Shown: positions 38,201 through 50,200 of the stretch, piece by piece | How positions within the stretch are numbered: the stretch's first letter is position 1 | Layout of the letters: every line of letters starts with the position of its first letter | Source: Saccostrea echinata | Taxonomy: Eukaryota | Direction of reading: 5' to 3' | Length of the DNA stretch: 64,000 nt | Assembly (NCBI RefSeq): GCF_033153115.1 | Contig: NW_026889774.1 | Span: 8,122,001 to 8,186,000 of the forward strand | Translations under genes and position numbers: made by a program | The notes under the pieces: generated by a model | What the model was told of the DNA's origin: nothing | Databases searched by the model: none | Seen by the model: the letters and a program-made list of their open reading frames with translations, nothing else

Positions 38201-41200
38201 AATCAATAAACACATCTGATTTGTGTTTCACTAAATCTGCAATGGCTATTGCAATTATAGCTGCGTGCAAGCTGCCTAGACTATATCCAGTTAGTTCTGA
38301 TTTTTGGAAAACGCATCTTTTGTCCACCCTGATTTCCGATCTTAATTCCATCTGCCCAAATGCTATAACTTCTAGTTCTCTGCCATCAACTTCTGCTGTA
38401 CCAACAACTTCACAAACTGTTATTCCAAAACCTTTGATTTTGTTTTCCGAACAGTAACGCTCAGGAGTTAAATTATCCTGAATAAAAAAAGTATCATGTA
38501 TGCACGGAAGAGCTTGCTTTGGTTTGATGCAACAAAACTCAAGATCGACAGAATCTTCATCACAAGGTATTGCGAAATAAGATAGCTCAGATTTATCGCC
38601 GTGATATCTAAAGCACACCTTGTCCGTCTCCTTTGGGAAAGTTGATTTATACACCGTTGAATGAAATTCATCAGACATCCTCTTTAATTCATTCTTGTAA
38701 ATGATGTTTTGGCGTACAGCATAGTCAGAAGGAGCAAAAGTATTTCCAGGATCCATTTCTGTTATAATTCTGATGATGTAGTCCATTGATTGCTCAGTTA
38801 GATCCTCTATATCCAGTAGAGTAAAAGAAAGCTGTGTTCCCTCCTGCGATACAGACCGAACCATTCCCCATAATTCAGCACCGATAATCCCTGTTTTGAT
38901 AGATTGACAAGCCTGTGTTTTATTTGTTATGACTAGAATGTGTACCTTGTTGTTGTAAAGTATCTTTACAAGTTCGAGAAAACAATGGGCTGTTTGTTTT
39001 ACTGAGTTCATTAGTTCATCTCCCGTTGTTTGTGTTTTTATTTCAGGTAATCCCGGAATATATATTATATCAAATTGCTGCGTGTCAACTTCCTCTTCAA
39101 GGAAAACAGACAATTGATGTTCAAAGTTGTCTGACAAAGCAAGGCAACGAACCTCTGAAGTCCTAAATCTTTTTGAAAAGGCATTTTCCAGAAGTGAAAG
39201 ATATTCTTTGTTCCAAGAAAGTAAATAAAGTTTTTTTCTGTCCAAATCTCTTAACTGAGGCAAAGTTATAGCATTCCAAGTTTCGCTGTAGGAGAGAGAA
39301 AAAATGTCGCTTTCCAAAGCAACTTTGGTGACTTCATAATTTGATATTTTGGCAATAATGCTTCCATTTGTATGCAAAAGTAGAATGTTGAAGGTTGCAG
39401 TTACTGAATTTTCGTAGACAAGAACTGTATAGCATATCATACGTGCGCATGGTTTTTGCTTTACAGTCAGACGGGACACACGACTAGGAAGAGTTCTTGC
39501 CTTCACTTTGTCTTTCTTTTGAAAGTGAATCCCACAGCAAGACTGAAACATGCTGTCTATAATGATAGGATGAAAGAAAGCCCTATTTAAATTTGTCATT
39601 ACTTCATCAGACAGATTTATTTCACTGATGCATTCAACTCCGCGACAAACACACTTCTTTATCGTTTGGTACAATGCGCCATGATGAAATCCCAGACTTC
39701 GCAATGTTGGGTAAACATTGGTTGTTTCTTTTTCGTTATGTAATAAAGAAATGAGCCTTTCTATGTTCAGTGTGGTAATTCCTGAAGTAGTGGACTGCTT
39801 TATCGTACCAGAGGATAATACTGACTGGCTTTCTGATGAAATTGCTTCGAAATAAATAGTCTTCTCTTTTTCAAGTGCTTTTACTACAATGTTTTGTTCT
39901 GTATCTTTGACTAAGAGTGTTCTATGGATATCCCAGGAAATGTCCATTTCCGTCACTCCTCTGCTTTGCAAAAGCATTGTTCCTATTTCTAAAGCAACGT
40001 CCCCGTACATTGCAGCCGGTACAACTATGTTCCCATCTAAAGTATGGTCATAGATAAATGGCGTATTCTTTCGACTTAAAGTGATCGTAAATTGCTCATT
40101 ATTTCCAATTCTAGTTCTGGTAAGCAATGTGCTTTCGTCCTCTGTATCTCCATTTAGTATGCTTTTGATTTTTTCTGACTTTACGAGATACTTCCGTTTA
40201 CTGAATTGGTATTTTGGACACGAAAGAAATTTCTGCATTGGAACAATCTTTTCCCATGAAACTGGGATTCCTTTTCCAAAGAGGTTGATGAAAGTTTCTC
40301 GAAAAACATCGATCTCTTTATCTCGTTTCATTGAAGGCAGAGCTTCTTCTACGGAATCGGGAAATATGCTTGATAGGTGAGCTCTTAGAACCGGACTCGG
40401 GCCAATTTCAAGAAAAATTGAATTAGGGGCTCTTCGTTTTGCTTCCTCTAAAGCGTGTTGAAATCGCACGGGTTTAAATACATTGTCAGCCCAATAAGAA
40501 TTTGATCCAAAATTTTCATCAGCTATTTGGCCAGTGACCGTTGAAATAACGGTTGTCCTTGGAATTTTTTTCTCGATGCCTGATAGAATTTGCTCCAACC
40601 TTTTACTTGCATTTTTTGTCAAATGACTATGATATGCACATTTTACATTCAAATGAGTTATTTTTGCTGATTTATCAGCAAGTTTAAGTTTTAATTCTTC
40701 AATAGCCTCTTTGTCACCCGAGACTGCACAGGAAACACTGCTGTGATAAACTGCAACATTAGCTTTTCCGGCCACAAGATTCTCGCAAGTTTCCTCAATT
40801 ACTTCAACAGGGCAATGTTGAATAAGAACCATTTTCCCGAAGGTTTCACTTGCCAAATTAAGGGACCGAAAATAAATCACTCTAACAGCGTTTTTCAGGG
40901 TAAGATTTCCACTTGCATACGCACCTGCAACTTCCCCAACAGATTGGCCAATTATAGCAGTTGGATTGACACCCAAATGTTCCCACATCGCTGTTAGACC
41001 AACTTGACAAGCAAAGATTGACAGATGATTTTTCAGAGGATCTGAAATATCTTCTTCTGTTTCAAAAATCGTACGAACAGAAATGTCTGTGAAAGAACTC
41101 AGATGCTTATCAATTTCTATAATGGTTTTTTCAAAGACTTTATCTTGAGTGATGAGCTGTTTACACATTTTTACCCAGGTTGTACCAACACCACAATACA

Positions 41201-44200
41201 CAAATATTATTTTAGGTCTTTCTTTGAGAGCTCCTGGTATGGGTAACTTTTTATGCACAAATTCGTCGATTTCTGAAATTAATTTTGAAGTGTTTTCAAC
41301 AACAAACACTTTTCGAAATCTATAGTGACTCCTGAAATGAACTGTTGTGCTTGAAAGATCAATAAGCGAGATTGTATCCATATCATCAAGAAGAAACTCA
41401 AGTAAATGCTTGGCTGTATCATATAATGCACTCAAATCCTTGGCTGATAAGAGAACATAAAATGCCATATTAAGGCAGCTTTCCATATACTGTAATTGAA
41501 CAGAAGAGCTACCAGTTTCCTCATAATTTCTCACAATAGCGTGTGAGTTAGTTCCACCAAAGCCAAAACAGTTTATTGAAGCTATCCTCTTCCCCTCAGA
41601 ATTTGCTGGCCACTTCTGAAGACTGCGACTAACTTTCATTTTACAAGCACTAAAAGGAATTTTGGGATTTAATGTTTCAGCATGAAGGGAAGGAACAAAA
41701 TGCCCGTATTTCATCATCAGAAGTACTTTGATTAAAGAAGCCATTCCGGCACCTGCCTCTAAATGACCAATATTGGTTTTTACCGAACCTATCGGTATTT
41801 CTTCTTCACAATATTTTGAAAAGAAAGATCCTAGAGAGCTTACTTCAATGTAATCGCCAACTGGTGTCCCTGTCCCTGAAATATTACACCTCATTAATTT
41901 ATACAAACATTATTATGAGTATAAAGGATAATATGATTGATTGATTATTACTGTTTAACGCCGAGTCGGCAATATTTCAGCCATATTTTGGCGATAAAAA
42001 GGATAATAAAATATATATAGAAAATGCACTAATTTAACACCTTCTTGCAACTTAACGTATTTGCATACTGATAAAATAGAACATTTGTAGCCTTTTGAGA
42101 TTTTAAAGACTTCCCTCTTTATTTTTGTAATTGAGAACCTAAACTTCTTGAACCCCTCTTTCCCCTTGAGCCATAATTTGACCAAACTTCCACACTAATA
42201 AATAAAGATTATTCATTTTGATGCTACAACTAATATAGTAGAATTTCTTAATGATCCGAATTTTCTTACAGGTCTGTCGTGGCTTCAGTGGTTTTGGGTT
42301 TCTGACTCAGTGGTTGAACAATTTATGAATGATCCCATTTTTATGTTTATATTGTTATACCTATAAAATTATTTCCTTTATAAATCTATACTAAACAAGA
42401 GGCCATGGGCCATATCGCTCATCTGAGCACATTGGCTAGGAAAAAGCAGAAATCAGTTCAGTATTGAAAAGTTTATGAGGGTAACTTAAATTTACACTAC
42501 CTCAAGATGCTTCCACATCAATATTACTAATCAAGGCTTTGTTGTTCTTGAGCATAAGAATTTTAAAGATTTTTTTCCTTATGTATTCCTATGTAAAAAT
42601 CTGATAGCTCATTGTGGCCCTAGCCTAACTTTATACTACCTGAGGATGTTTCTAAAATAAAATGACTAATCATGGCTTTGCTGTTCTTGAGCAGAAGATT
42701 TTTTCAAGACAATTCCTACACATTCTTATGTAAAACTTCTAACCCTCTGTTATACCCCCCACCCCTCCATCCTTGGAGGGTCATAATTTGAACAAACTTG
42801 ATTCTACAATACCTAAGTTTGCTTCTGTATAAATATGACTAATAATGGGTTAGTTAATCTTGAGAAGATTCAAGAAGATTTTTAAATATTAATATATTTC
42901 CTATGTAACATGTATGATCAGGTTCTTATAAGGGATATATAGGTTTTCTTTTTACTCTGTCTGAGATAATGATTGGAATGATCATTAAGACCACTCTGTC
43001 TGAGGGTACATCACACAGTCCTTAGATTTTTCTCTTATTTGCAGATGGGGACTGGGTAAGGTACTACTTGCACCGTGTTTCTCCCCTAGGTTTAAATTTC
43101 CTTCAGGTTTACTACACCCAAAACTTAACATCAATTCCCTAGTGTACTTGCCTCTGGTATTTATAACTTTTATACTTTTATTTTGTCTAACCAATAACTT
43201 CTTTATTGCTGAATCAACGTCCAACTTCTTCAGCTAGCTTCTGAATGCCTGACTATCCCAAAACTTTGCCTTATATACCCTTTGACTAGTCCATTCCTAG
43301 GGTTGTCAGGTCATTTCACTATTTGAAGTCTTCCATGCGTTTTACGCAAATGCCTCTTAACCATTACGTCTATATATTCCTATGTAAAACTTTGACCCAC
43401 TGTTGTGGCCCCACCTTACCCCGGGGGACATGATTTGAATAAACTTGAATCTACAGTACCTGAGGATACTTCTATATAAATATGATTAATAATGGCTTGG
43501 CTGTTCTTCAGAAGAAAATTTTTAAAGATATTCCTATGTAAACCTTTGGGCCCCTGTTGTTTCTGCACCAAACCTCCAGGGGTCATGATCTGAACAAACT
43601 TGAATGTACACTACCTGAGGATACTTAAATATTAATCTGACTAATGGCTTAGCTGTTCTTCAGATCTTTAAAGATATTTCTTATATATTCCTTTGGTAAA
43701 CTTTGACCGCCTTTTGTGGCCCTGCCCTACCCCAGGGGTCATGATTGGAACAAACTTGAATCTACACTACCTGAGGATACTTCTATAATAATATGACTAA
43801 TCATGGCTTTGCTGTTCTCGAGAAAAAAAATAAAGACATTTCCTACATATTCCTATGTATAACTTCGACCCCCTCTTGTGGCCCCGCCATACCCGCGGGG
43901 TTATGATATGAACAAACTTGAATCTAGAGTATTTAATGAAGCTTTCACATAAGTTTCATCTTTTCTTGCCCAGTGGTTCTTGAGAAGAAGATTTTTCAAA
44001 GATGCCACCAAATTTTCACGAATTCTTTATTATCTCCCATTGAAAGAGGGCATGGTACTTCCTGTGAACAAACTTAAATCCCCTTTACCCAAGGATGCTT
44101 TGTGGCAAGTTTGGTTGAAACTGGCCCAGTGGTTCTTGAAAATGTCGAAAATGTGAAAAGGTTACAGACGAAACACGACAGACGGACGCAAGACACTCTT

Positions 44201-47200
44201 TGATCATCTAATATTTTCGTTGTTTTACTTAGCGGTTCAAAAAATAATTCAAAGTTGACCACTGATTGAAATATTGGTTCTGTTGATGATATTGGAATTC
44301 AATGACGTTTTTTAATGCCACAATATAGGCGGAATCAGATATTTCTTACTTTATTCGACATTTACGAAATTCTCTGAGTTAAATCCGCAGTGCGAGTAAA
44401 CAAAATTTATATCAAATATCAAAAACACATGACAGCCAGCGCCAGGTGTGGCAAAATAAAAAGTAAAAGGTATAACAGAACATTTATTGACTGTGTTCCC
44501 GGGTAAAATGCGTTTTGCTGAACCCTCGAACCAAACTGTTTGCCTTCGCTCTAACGGCTTCAAGCAAACAGTTTGGCTCTTAAGAACAACAAAGGCATGT
44601 TGCCCTCGAACCCAATCAATAAATGTATAATCTTACACTCCCCCTCCTCCTGGAAAGTTTATTGACCTTCATTTAAAATCATTATATGAATAGGCTTTTC
44701 CTAACTAAAGCATATGAAAAGGTAGATTCAATATACATATGAGCTTGTGGAGAGGCCAAGTTCCTGTTATGTAAAATTTTATATGACGAATGCCGAAGAT
44801 GACAATGTTAGAGTCAATATATTAAGTATTTAGACTTATTATTAATGTTAATGTGCTATTCTCCCCTTACCATGTGCTTCTATATATTGTACGGAGGACG
44901 GTGAAGTCTTGCTTTCCTTGAAAATTTTTTCCAACAAATGTTCTTGCTGTTTACCAGAAGGGGATGTGATTGGCGTACTCATATGACCATCCTGGTTAAG
45001 CATTGTATGGATTGTCCCCCATATTTTGTTTTTGTCGTGGATTGCCTGAATAGAAAAAAACAACAACTCAGAATACATGTTTATGTAAAACCGTCTAGCA
45101 TTTCATAAAACAAGATACTGTCATAAGACAGTAATACCCGCGCGGAAGTGTTTGCTTATAAAGGTACTCTCCCTTGTACCTGGGCAATGAATAGCCACAG
45201 TAGTTACTAACTAATCAAAATAAAATATATACACATGTATCAGATTGAGCAAAAATTGCACATATGAGCATCTGACCCATGAGTTTCTTGTCAGAATTTC
45301 AAAAAATAAGGTCATTTTCGGTCTGAAATTGAAGATTTTAATGAAGTAAATTCTGTGTAGGATCTCGAATCAAGTTTTAAGAGCCATTCTCTGTAATGAC
45401 TTTAACTTTTATATAGGAGGTGTGGCACTTATAGTCTCAGAATTTCTCTCAACTCTGTCTGGTAAAAGTCTTTGATTCCCGAAACTCAAGTCAGGCAAAA
45501 ATTGGTTGCTATGTCCATGGTTATCATGGCAACATGCACTGAAGTTTGGAAAATGGCATCTTCGAACATGTTTAGAGTCCTATGGCCATAGTTAACGTTC
45601 GTAGCGATGCAAACAAATGACACTGTTTCAAAAAGTTGAAGGCATAATGTTTAAATTCATGGTAAACATAACTCTTGTACTATATACCAAAGAAATGTTA
45701 TGTTTCTTATTGGTTGGTAAGAGCTGCCATGGTTTTAATACCACAAAAGGATTTCAAATTTACTCTCTATATGTTTTTATCTGACCCTATCTCTCTAGAA
45801 ACACATTTCTATATAACTGGTAATCAATTTTTAAAGGCATTTATGTGGTTCTAATTTTCACATTTCAAAAGATTCAAGTTAAATTCTTCAAATAAAGTGT
45901 TGCTTTGGAAATTATAGGAAAAATATGTATATAAAGCTGAAAAAAGAGGTTTTTTTTCTTGGATACGTAGCCTTGTATGTAGATTTCGAAAACTTTTATG
46001 ATTAATATTTATGAACAACTTACCTGAATTTCAATTTTTACTACCCCATAATCTCTAACATAATCTGATGCTACCATAAAGGGTTTAATACATGTATTGC
46101 TATATAGTTAACAAAATCGAACATTTCCCTTATTGGTAACCATAGCAACAATGTTATTTCTTCATCAAACTATCAATATATGTTATTCAACTTTAGTTCT
46201 ATCTGATAAGTACAATTCAAGGTGAGTCAAATAACATGTTTCTTGATTTAAAGGTACCTAAATTCTTTAAGCAGCAAAATATTATCCCTAAAACCACTGG
46301 TACCTTGTTTCCATGGTTACACAACACAGTATCAATTAATCCCAATTTATCTCAAGCTATCTGTGTTACAAGGTCCCAACGATGTATATTTGCCAGTCTT
46401 GAATTTCCATGTTTTTCCTCAAGATAGCAGCATAAAAAATCTCAGCAACAGATTTTGTATGGCTACACTGTGTTACCATGGCAACCATAAAAGTTATTTT
46501 AAGAATAATATTGCCAATAGCTTATTACTTGAAATCATTTTTTTCTTGTGTTGTTGATTTAGTTTGATCATTTTACGCCTATTATCAGTGAATATTGAGC
46601 GTTTTTCAGCATATAAAATATATTACAAATGTACCCATGGTTACCACTTACTTAGAGATATATTTATAAATAGTTTCTTTATAGCACAAGTGCCAACAAG
46701 TTGTTATGTTTGGTTCTCTTAGTATACAGTTAAAGTATATCTTTGAGGGAGTTAGCAAGATTCCAGTTCCCCAAGGCCAGGACTATTTCCTGAGGCGAAG
46801 CCGAGGGAAATAGTCCTGTCGAGGGGAACTGGAATCTTGTTAACTCCCTCAAAGATATACTTTTAACTGTTTTATTATACCGATACAAACGTAAAATTTA
46901 GAGGATTCAGATGGCGTGATTTCAAAGCAGGGATTAGCTCATTGAACTAACTCACGGGGATTAGTCAATTCACGTATCACATGGCCGTAGGAACCGGGGT
47001 GGGAGGAGGAGGGGCGGGGGGGGTTTCCCCCCGCCCCCCCCCCCCCAATAATTTTGCCGATATATTGATCAATATAGTAAACATAGATACCATATGCTTG
47101 TGCTCCCTCAATAAAATCAATAAAAACGTCTGTTGACTTTTTTGGTTTTTGCTTGTCAAGGAATTTCTGGTAGTGCCCTAGCTGCAATAATGTAGCCCTC

Positions 47201-50200
47201 TCCGATTTTTTTTTTTTTGGGGGGGGGGGGGGGGGGAGAGGGCTAAAACTCCTTAGGATCTCCGTAATGGTGCAAGTGCGGGAGTGATTCACTACCGCAC
47301 CGATTTCGGCTCAAATTATCAGTAAGTGGGTATTTTATTAACATATCTTACCTGAACTCATAAAATGTAGTTATGCAAGACATAAATTGATCCAAAAATA
47401 TACAGAACAATCCGTATATCGGTTATTTTTCGTGTATGTCAACATCACAACTTGAATTTATCCGCCATGTTTACTGACCTTGATCGATTTTATTTTGGGA
47501 CAACCAATGAGAATTCGGGATCTAGAGGAGCGGATCGTTTAGGATTTCCCATATTTTAAGCATAAATATCACTGTATATGAAAAAAATATCCCATGGAAT
47601 GCTTTTATTTATCGATGTTTAATGATATCATACAACACAAACATTTATCAACCGATATTTACTTTATCAAGTGATTCTAAATTTCAAGCGCAAGTCTCAG
47701 TACATCACGCGAGAACTGTCATGGCTGCTGAGGAGAACGACTGGTAAACACGCAGATTTATTTTACTTGGTTTTCGCGTATAAAGGGCTATGATGTTGAC
47801 AGTGAATAAAAATTCCGTCTCATTGGAAGTAAGTTGAATGCAAAAACAATTTATTTTGCATGCAGTCGCCCGTATCTAAAAAATATATTTGCACCATTAC
47901 GGAGATGCAGTGGAATTGTAGCCCTCTCCTGAAAATGTCCTATTAAAAAAATCGGAGAGGGCTACATTACTGCAGCTAGTAGTGCCCCCTCAACTGAAAA
48001 TGTATGGCTGCCCCCCCCCCCCCAACTGAAATTGCTTCCTACGGGCCTGTATCATACCAATGTAAAAGTAAAATCTAGAGAATTACGGATAACCGGGAAT
48101 TAGCTTTCGAAGCAGGGATTAGCTCACTTGACTAACGCACGCGGATTAGTCCATTCATAACGATTTCTAGGGAATAAATCACATCTAACGATCTAATGTT
48201 ATATAGGGAAAAATCAGTAGAGTTATAATAATCTTTATTAAGGCTCAATAAAGATTAAAAGAAGCTGAAAATCTCGGGGTTTTTTTTCAAACTTTTCTGG
48301 CCGTTACCATGGTAACCAAGACACATAGTAACCAAATTTTATTCGATATATGTTTCTGGTGTCAAGTTTTAATAATGGGAAAAAATTCATCAAAGTCGGT
48401 GACCATGCATGGCAAAGATGTTTAAATGGCTACAGGAAATAAGCTCTTTTAAATTCCTTTGGTATTTTAAAAAGTTCGAAGGTTTTTTTTTTAACTAGCT
48501 GACAATACTGGTCACTTTACCATCAGCTCATACATTCATTGTATGTCTGAGAGAGGAAAGAACGAAAATTCTGCAATGAAGATTGAATACAGGTTAGTAT
48601 CTGAAAAACAGTTGAAAGCTTTACTTTAAAACCATATAATAATATTGTTCTTAATTTCATGACACATTAAATAGTAGTCGCCCGAGTGGTGCAGTGGTTA
48701 GAGTATGCTCTAGAGTCGCGGTGTAAGGAGTTGATCCTTACGTCTTGGGTTCAAATCTCAGTGCGGGACGTGGAGACAGGTCCTTCAGATGAGGCCGTAT
48801 AAACCGAGGTCCCGTGTCGCAGTAGGTGCTGGCACGAAAAAGATCCCTCACTGCTCAATGGCCCTGAGTGCAAAGTATAGGTCTAAATTTGCGGAATTTT
48901 TCTCTCATATGGAGACAAATTAAACACACCCGGTGAAACGTAAACTGTTTTTGTAAATAGGGCACGAGCTCTGTTATTGTTAATGTTTACGATTCACCTG
49001 GTGTGTTCATTTGTCAAACTCTGCACGCATCACTGCGCACGGACTGACAAAACTGATGTGTTGGTTTTGCTTTCTCACATTTGTACTCTTGAATTTTCTG
49101 GATTATAGTTTTAATATTTTTTTCAATAATACACAACAAAATTTCTACTTTTCTTAAGTATTAAGGACAAGTTTACTTTGTGAACGTACAAGGGTGTGTC
49201 AATCAAATGCGTCTCGAAATTCGTGCTTTCAGTAATTTCCATATAAAATAAGTTTTTATTATATTTCCGTGTGAAATGCTTTAGCAACTTTTAAGTCATG
49301 ATATTATACAGAAAATTTGAGAAAATATTAACTTCAAATCTGTGTCTAGGCCCCTTTAAGAGAAAATAAAACGCTCACAACCACTAGATATTGGCATTAA
49401 AAAAACACATATAAACGTTCCCAACTACAATTGATTTTAATTTTGCGACTCCCCAAATGCGTTGAATTTTCCCAGAAACAACTCCCCCCTATGTAACAAT
49501 TACTATCGGAAGAGAAAATGTCCCGATTATTAATTATTATAAAGTCTTGTATAGTTTCAATTGCTGCATTTCAAAGATAAACGTTTTCTTTTGCTGGTTT
49601 AACTGTCAGAAGCCGTATGCAAGTCGTAGATTGTGCAAATCATGCATGTTTTGACCACTCGATCACCGTAAATATGAAATCTGTCAAATAGTTTGGAAGT
49701 GTTTTAGAATACTAGACGTATATTGTAGCCGGACCAATGACTAGCACAAAGGTTAACTATCGCTGTCTTCCGTGGGATATTTGATTTTTGTAAATACCCC
49801 TTACAAATACCGAAAAAAAGACGAGACCTACATCCCTCCTGATTCCGAAATGGTGAAAATATGCTCCCCAATCCGCTGAAAACGCGTCCCCCATGCTTTT
49901 AGCGACTTTCCGTGTTACTCGATGTATACGGTGAATCACCTTACCAAGGATGATTCTTCTATTGCGTAAAATGTAAGAGGTGTTCTGTGAATCAATTTTT
50001 GTAGAAAAAAGATAAAACGTCATTTTTCAACCCCATTTGGCCTCTAGGGTGAAAATGAAAATCCGAAGCCTTATATCTTCAGCACACCACCAATAACTTT
50101 GCCAAAGATATTTAGGCTACATCCTTAATTGTAAGAGTTGTGGGAACCAGAATATTGTAGAAAATCGTCGTTTTTTAACCCCCATTTTGCCTCCAGAATG

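Noticed and set aside
35361-41906. The 2181-aa ORF as a stand-alone or bacterial (contaminant) PKS gene
   Set aside because: It starts mid-KS, and the remaining KS motifs are in separate GT-AG exons within host repeats. Both ORF-track ends are intron read-through.
42985-43224. 79-aa ORF in a segment interrupting the satellite array
   Set aside because: No recognisable motif; cannot be supported as coding.
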